Shown: positions 58,394-64,000 of the stretch, in pieces | How the letters are laid out: the number at the start of each line of letters is the position of its first letter | Position numbering within the stretch: position 1 is the stretch's first letter | From: Leidyana gryllorum EB-2025a | Taxonomy: Eukaryota; Protista; Apicomplexa | DNA: 64,000 nt | Assembly (NCBI GenBank): GCA_048772705.1 | Contig: JBLWGC010000224.1 | Span: forward strand, 124,001-188,000 | Direction: 5' to 3' | The notes under the pieces: generated by a model | The model's database searches: none | What the model was told of the DNA's origin: nothing | Seen by the model: only the letters and a program-made list of their open reading frames with translations | Made by a program: the position numbers and the translations under genes

Positions 58394-59581
58394 ATGCTCC
58401 GTTACGCGGGATTTTTCGTGGTGCTGGCCGCTGCTGGAAGTCCGCTGACCACTTTCAAGAATACACAGGCCTGGACCACTGCCCAACTGGTGCATGGCGA
58501 GCCGTTGGTGGATCTGACTAACCGGTTGGCCGAAAGCTTCGAACGTCATCGACCGCATAATGCTGAAGAAGCAGTCCGCACTTTCAGATCAGCTTTAGCC
58601 GACTCCATAGCCTATCAAGCTTTGAAAAAAGTTGGTGATATTCCTCCTGGACTGAGTGTTAGCGCTGAAGTCAAACTTCCTCCTGATGTTAGTGATATTC
58701 TTACTCGATTGATATTGGACAATGAGATAATGAGCCACCACCATCACGATCACCAAGCCTCTAATGCTGTTGAAATATCAGTGAACTTTACGTACAACGA
58801 ATGTGAAGGAGTCTGTGTTCCACAGTCAGCTTTCCCTGCGTCCTGCAACGGAATTGACCCCAGCACTGGAACAGTGAGTACCACCACTAGCACCACAAGC
58901 CGTCCAACCACTCGCCCAACCACCACCCGCCCCCCTACTACCACAACTACCACCACGACTACCCGGCCGACCACAACAACTACTACAACCACCACCACTA
59001 GACCCACCACCACCACCACCCGACCAACAACCACGACCACCACCACAACCACAACAACCACCACCACAACTCCCACCACAACCACCCGTCGAACTACCAC
59101 CACAACTCGTCCCCCCACGACCACCACTACTACCCCATCGACGACCACCACAAGAATGATTTCAACTGCTCAATGTGCTCGCAGCTGGCTCTGGGAGCTG
59201 CTCAAGGCTAGTTCTGTAGATCTTCGTACGGATAGGATCATAACATTCGCTCCGGAACCGATCATTGTGTTGTCTGCCGACATTCGTGAGCAGCTCGGCG
59301 GTCTTGGTGTGAAAAAGTACCGTTTGGAGAACTATGAAGACCCAGTTGAACGCGATGCTGCGGTCGTTCGACTATTTGCCGAGGGACTCGCAACGTGCTT
59401 GAACATAACCGAAGAGCAGCTCCTGGTATCGGGTGCTCGTTGTTCTGAGGGATTCGGTCCTGAAGAAATGACGGTGGAGATGATTGTCGCGCCCGGCCCA
59501 GTTCCCGTCCAAGAAGTACTGTCGAGTCTGGAAGAGCTATTGGCGGTTGGGGCACAAGATGTTACAGCAGAGGCTGTCTAA
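58394..59581 (+). CDS. Secreted mucin-like Thr-rich glycoprotein
   Basis: Signal peptide MLRYAGFFVVLAAAG; ~95-aa poly-Thr/Pro/Arg tract flanked by Cys-containing globular segments. Confidence 0.8.
   Translation: MLRYAGFFVVLAAAGSPLTTFKNTQAWTTAQLVHGEPLVDLTNRLAESFERHRPHNAEEAVRTFRSALADSIAYQALKKVGDIPPGLSVSAEVKLPPDVSDILTRLILDNEIMSHHHHDHQASNAVEISVNFTYNECEGVCVPQSAFPASCNGIDPSTGTVSTTTSTTSRPTTRPTTTRPPTTTTTTTTTRPTTTTTTTTTTRPTTTTTRPTTTTTTTTTTTTTTTPTTTTRRTTTTTRPPTTTTTTPSTTTTRMISTAQCARSWLWELLKASSVDLRTDRIITFAPEPIIVLSADIREQLGGLGVKKYRLENYEDPVERDAAVVRLFAEGLATCLNITEEQLLVSGARCSEGFGPEEMTVEMIVAPGPVPVQEVLSSLEELLAVGAQDVTAEAV
58878..59152 (+). repeat. (ACN)n coding low-complexity repeat (Thr tract)
   Basis: acc/aca/act runs interrupted by Arg-Pro codons. 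Confidence 0.9.
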
Positions 59582-59880
59582 GTTGTGAACTATTTTTGGT
59601 TATGATTTGTTTGAGAGATCTTGCTAAATTTAGCGCTTTGGCTCCATCCAAGTAGGTAAGAAGTAAGTGATTCTGTGATGACGGTGCAAATGAAGGGACA
59701 AAGCAAATGCATTAGTGAGGTGACGGCGAGGCAAAGGTGTTGAGTTGTCTTGAGTAATCAATTTGTATTATTAGTGTTGCTCGATCGAAGTGAGATTGGG
59801 TTCTGTTTGGGATCGATAGACGAAGATCACTAGTGAAGTGGTGGGAGCTATTGCAGAGGTCAATTCGAGCAGCGAGAATT

Positions 59881-61418
59881 ATGACAAGCACGGCAACTAC
59901 CACCACTGCAACAACTACAACAATGACGGCGAACAGGGCGCCCCCTTATCCACCGCAATACTATCCCCGTCCGGGGAAGTCGCCGTACAATAATTACGAC
60001 AACCATTATCGGGAAACCCCAACGGTGCGGCCATCGAGTCTGCACCGAGCAAATAGCGGAAGTGGTCGGTTCGCGACCGGTGTGAGTGGCGGAAACTGTC
60101 GGCTTCAGCGGCACCACTCATCGTCCCAAGCTGGGCAACCAAGTATACATGGAGCCGCTGAAGGAAGTCAAGGGCGCGCTTGGAGTGGTCAAACAGGAGT
60201 ATCACGGCCGGCAGCACCCATGGCAATTCCGCTTAGAATAGGTCGACAGTACGACATTGGTCGGGAAGTTGGTACCGGCTCGTTTGGGAGTGTGTACGAG
60301 GCGCGTTGTGTGGATACGAACGAAACTGTGGCGATCAAGACTGTGTTGCAGGTACGTTGAGTTCTTTTGATTGTGTGTGGTTGAGTGAGTGTTTCTTGTG
60401 CAGGATCCACGGTATAAGAACAGGGAGTTGGATGTGATGATGAAAATGCATCATCCGAATGTGATTGCGCTGAAGGATTATTTGTATACGGATTCGATGT
60501 CGTCTGGCGGGGAGGTGTTGCGGTACCTGAATTTGGTGATGGAGTTTATTCCGGATACGATATTCCAGTTGCTGCGTACATACAACGCGAGTCGGCAGCA
60601 ATTGCCAGTGGAGTTGGTGAAGGTTTACACGTACCAGATGCTGCGGGCCATAGGCTATGTACATTCGTTGGGTATCTGCCATCGTGACATAAAGCCACAG
60701 AATCTGTTGGTCGATCCGGAATCACACGTGTTGAAGCTGTGCGACTTTGGTTCGGCAAAGAAGCTCCAGAAAGGTGGGTGACGATTTGGTGGATGTTGTG
60801 ACTCTACTATGATCGGGCAGACGAGTCTTCTGTATCCTATATATGCACTCGCTTCTACCGTGCGCCTGAGCTGATGCTCGGAGCGACGGAGTATTCCAAG
60901 GCGATAGACATTTGGTCAGTTGGTTGTGTGATGGCGGAGCTACTGATAGGGAAACCTTTATTCGCTGGAGAGACTTCGGTGGATCAGCTAATGAAAATCA
61001 TTGGGTTTCTGGGGCCGCCTTCACATGAGCAATTGGAGGCGATGAACTACCAATACAGTAGCTATCCGTTTGCCAACCTCGCCAAGAAAAGTGATAGTAG
61101 ATCTCCGTTTGATCAATTGAGGTCACGATACCCTCACCTCCCCCAAGAAGCCTGTGACTTGCTGAGCTGTATGTTGCGGTTTGACCCAGCACGACGGATT
61201 CCCCCGTACGAGGTAAGTTGTTGGTATGCTGCAGTTTGATTGGTTGGCAGGCACTGGCACACCCTTTTTTCGATTCACTGCGAGACCGAAGTTTTCTCTT
61301 ATCGGATGCGCATCAAGTACCCCCGCTGTTCAATTTCAGTGATCACGAGCTGAGGCAGATGAGTAGCGAAGCAAAATCAAAGGTGATACCCCCCTGGGTT
61401 CAGAGAATACAATGCTAG
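59881..61418 (+). CDS. GSK3: Glycogen synthase kinase 3, paralogue B with long N-terminal extension, spliced
   Basis: VGTGSFG, VAIKTVLQ|[33 protein letters not shown]; three introns. Confidence 0.95.
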
Positions 61419-61986
61419 CTTTTCTTCTCTGTGACATTGAGGCCTAGTCTGTGTTACATATTGAACATCCTGCGCGTGCTTGTTGAGAAACTTACTCTGT
61501 TGCCAGTTGAGCCGCCTCCTTGTTTATCTTGTCAATTTGAGCATTCAGTGCTCCAATGGCAGACGCCAACTGGAAACAACAAGCATTCTTACTCGACAGC
61601 TCGGGCAGACCCATCCGGGGGCCGAGGGCAGGGCAAGGCAATTGGCGGGGGCCTGGCCTGGCCGGGCCCAACTAAATTGGTCCCTCGGCCTCCGGCGGTG
61701 AAGGTGGCGTGGCTTACGTGTTGATTGTGGGTGAGTAGAGCTCCCTCAACTTCACCGACTGTGCGTTCTACCAAGACTCCGCCGACCATCCGCATACATC
61801 TTCGGGTTTTGTCAGCTTCTTTGAGTGCTCCCAGGACCAGTCTACACGATACCAGTGGAAAAAAGGTGTGTGCTTCCCAACTCACTCTGTCTCGCGTTGA
61901 TCAGTGATAAGGTCTGTGACCTTCTGATTGAGTGCAAACCTCTGTTTCTCCAGGTCAGCAAACTTGGCTTGCGGTGTAGCTGCCAT
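61415..61986 (-). CDS. PFDN2: Prefoldin subunit 2, spliced
   Basis: MAATPQAKFADLEKQRFALNQKVTDL..DQRETE|LVLGALKEADKTRRCMRMVGGVLVERTVGEV...|LASAIGALNAQID...|LGL. Confidence 0.9.
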
Positions 61987-62052
61987 GTGGAGGTCAAAAA
62001 AAGAGTGTGATTTCCTTAGGAGGGATGCAAACTTGTTGATATCGGGGCTGCG

Positions 62053-64000
62053 ATGGCATCAGCGGACTTGAATCAAGCGAGCCCCATCTTGAGTTACAGT
62101 CAAGGAGTGTATTTGAGTACATGGAACAACGCTGCTCGAACAGAGATAGCCGATATGAGTGTTCAATTATCTCAGGCGCGTGGTATCTGGAGAGGGTATT
62201 TGTTGGGTCAATTGGCAAATGTTAGCAAAGCCGCGTTATGGTGGTCTACGTTTGGTATTTTAGCAGTTGCGATGCTCGAGAGTGATTTGGCATTAGCTGT
62301 GACTCGAGCACCATTCAATTTGGCGCTTTTGATCACATCTCCAATGGCGGTGGCGGCCGCTGAGAAATTCAGAATACGACGACTATTGCTCGTTGCAACC
62401 ACTGGCAGATTGATAGTGTGGTCCTTCTTTATCCCTCTCACCTGGATTATCGTCCGCAACGTTTTTGCCGACTTGTCAATCTTCTGGGGTCTGATGATCT
62501 TTCTGATGTTCTGTGACGGGGTGCAAGTTGCCTTCTCAAACGCCGTGGACATAGACTGTGGAGGTTTAGATTCACTGTCCAATGCCTATGACTTACCTCT
62601 CACTGACTTCTTGCGATACCGTTTCACCACTATACATCAACTCGTCTTTGACTCTTCATTCATCTTTCTGACCCCTCCAATCATAATGTTATTCGTCTTT
62701 ATTTCAAGACACTTTCAGAGCGCTCCTGCCGCCACCGAATCGCCTCTGCTTCCTAACCACAACCCAACAGACTCCCACAACTGGCTCCACGCCCTCGCAC
62801 GACTTATACCCACTCAAATAACAGGCCCAGATCCGAGTGTATTTGTACTCAGTCTGGGCATAGCACTCGTGTTTGGCGTACTCTCCTCTCTGTCACTGTA
62901 CTTTTACTCAAAGTATATTCCCCCTCCTCTCCCCCGGCCCACTAATGGACACGCGGCCTCCCTCATCACCGACAACACCAGCGCCGCTACACGCTCGGTG
63001 CGCACAGAGGAGATCGGCTGGCCCTACGAACCGGTTGCCGCCCCTGCCAGCCTCCGGAAAGCTTACAAAGAAAAGCTGTCGGAAGTGGTGGAAGGCTTTC
63101 TCTTTGTCTGGAGAGACAGAGCTCTTAAATGGAGATTAGTCCTCCTCGCGCTCGAAACCGCTCTGGAAGACTCAATGGTCTCTGTCATTATTCCAATGAT
63201 AGGTAAGCCGCACGCCTCCTCTTAATCTCAATTTCTGCTCCCACCAGCCCTCCATGCCATATCGTTCCTCGGCCACACCACTGACCGAACTGTCGCAGCC
63301 CTCATCAGCGCTGTGGCCATCGCGGTCGGAAAACTCGGAGGTGTTCTTGCCGGTGTCTATCTGGCAACCAATTACAGCAATAACGACCAATCTCAAAGGC
63401 CTCCTCGACACCTATTCACTCATGTTCTCTTATCGAGCCTCTCTCTAATTCTTCTCCCTTGGGGATATATCACAGCTGAACGAGCTCTGATGCCAATGAA
63501 ACCCAACACTGCGTTCATACCTTCTCCTTCACCCCTCTTCAGCTGTGGTGCCGTACTAGTCGGTAAGCCCGAATAACCACTTTCGTTCCAATACCCACAC
63601 AGGCGTCTTCCTCTTCTTTGTCTTCTCTACCGCACCCAAAATCGGGTTCGCCAGCTTGATCCAGAGCCGAGTCACACAGGATGATCAGGCCGCTCGTGTA
63701 TTCGGATTTACCGGCATGTTCGTCACCATCACTGACGGCATCATGATCACCGTTATCAACTTGATCTTTTACTTCCCCGGCCGGGACCGCTTCGACCTCG
63801 CCTTATGGCTGGTCTTCGCCTTCTACATGATCCACGCCATCATTGAATGGACTTTAGGTAAGAATCAACACAAGCATTAGTCAAATCAGTTCACCAAATT
63901 CAATCAGGCCCTCGATTAGTTAGACAACAACCCATGATTGACCGATCCTCCTCAGCGCCAACTGGAGCGTCTCCCCATACTGACTCCACATACTGCTCTG
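62053..64000 (+). CDS. MFS-like multi-pass transporter, spliced, 3'-truncated by window edge
   Basis: About 12 hydrophobic helices; VEGFLFVWRDRAL central loop motif; SLIQSRV...ARVFG C-terminal MFS motif. Confidence 0.75.

Noticed and set aside
58750-59151. Poly-Val ORF on the minus strand
   Set aside because: Reverse complement of the mucin Thr codons.
1-64000. Transposases, retroelements, tRNA/rRNA genes, alternative genetic code
   Set aside because: None recognised; apparent in-frame stops are explained by short GT-AG introns, and all three stop codons terminate conserved genes.

Overview
Eukaryotic DNA, almost certainly from an apicomplexan, possibly a gregarine-like lineage. The assignment rests on recognisable TrxL1, SAS6-like, IMP1-like and CPW-WPC genes plus short GT-AG introns of about 35-60 nt; the species cannot be assigned from sequence alone. 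The window has two very different halves. About 1-40 kb and 57.5-64 kb are ultra-compact housekeeping/cytoskeletal regions. They hold ADP-forming acetyl-CoA synthetase, a bacterial-type PuuD/C26 amidotransferase, ZNHIT2, SAS6L, a CCCH protein, IMP1-like, GCP3, TrxL1, GRASP, WBP11, Derlin, CWC2, RPL3, two hemolysin-III genes, syntaxin 5, CPW-WPC, two GSK3 genes, ZIP, ARV1, CDC50, a mucin, prefoldin 2 and an MFS-like transporter. In these regions coding sequences sit 3-30 nt apart, overlap by ATGA, or overlap antisense. About 39.9-58.3 kb is a gene-sparse, microsatellite-rich island. It holds a co-oriented array of six intronless MSP-domain (VAP-derived) genes of graded divergence, with two paralogous F-box genes inserted on the opposite strand. 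The best candidates for undescribed biology are (i) this VAP/MSP + F-box island and (ii) operon-like gene packing that suggests polycistronic transcription. Exon boundaries were inferred by eye; no database searches were run, and family calls come from recalled motifs.
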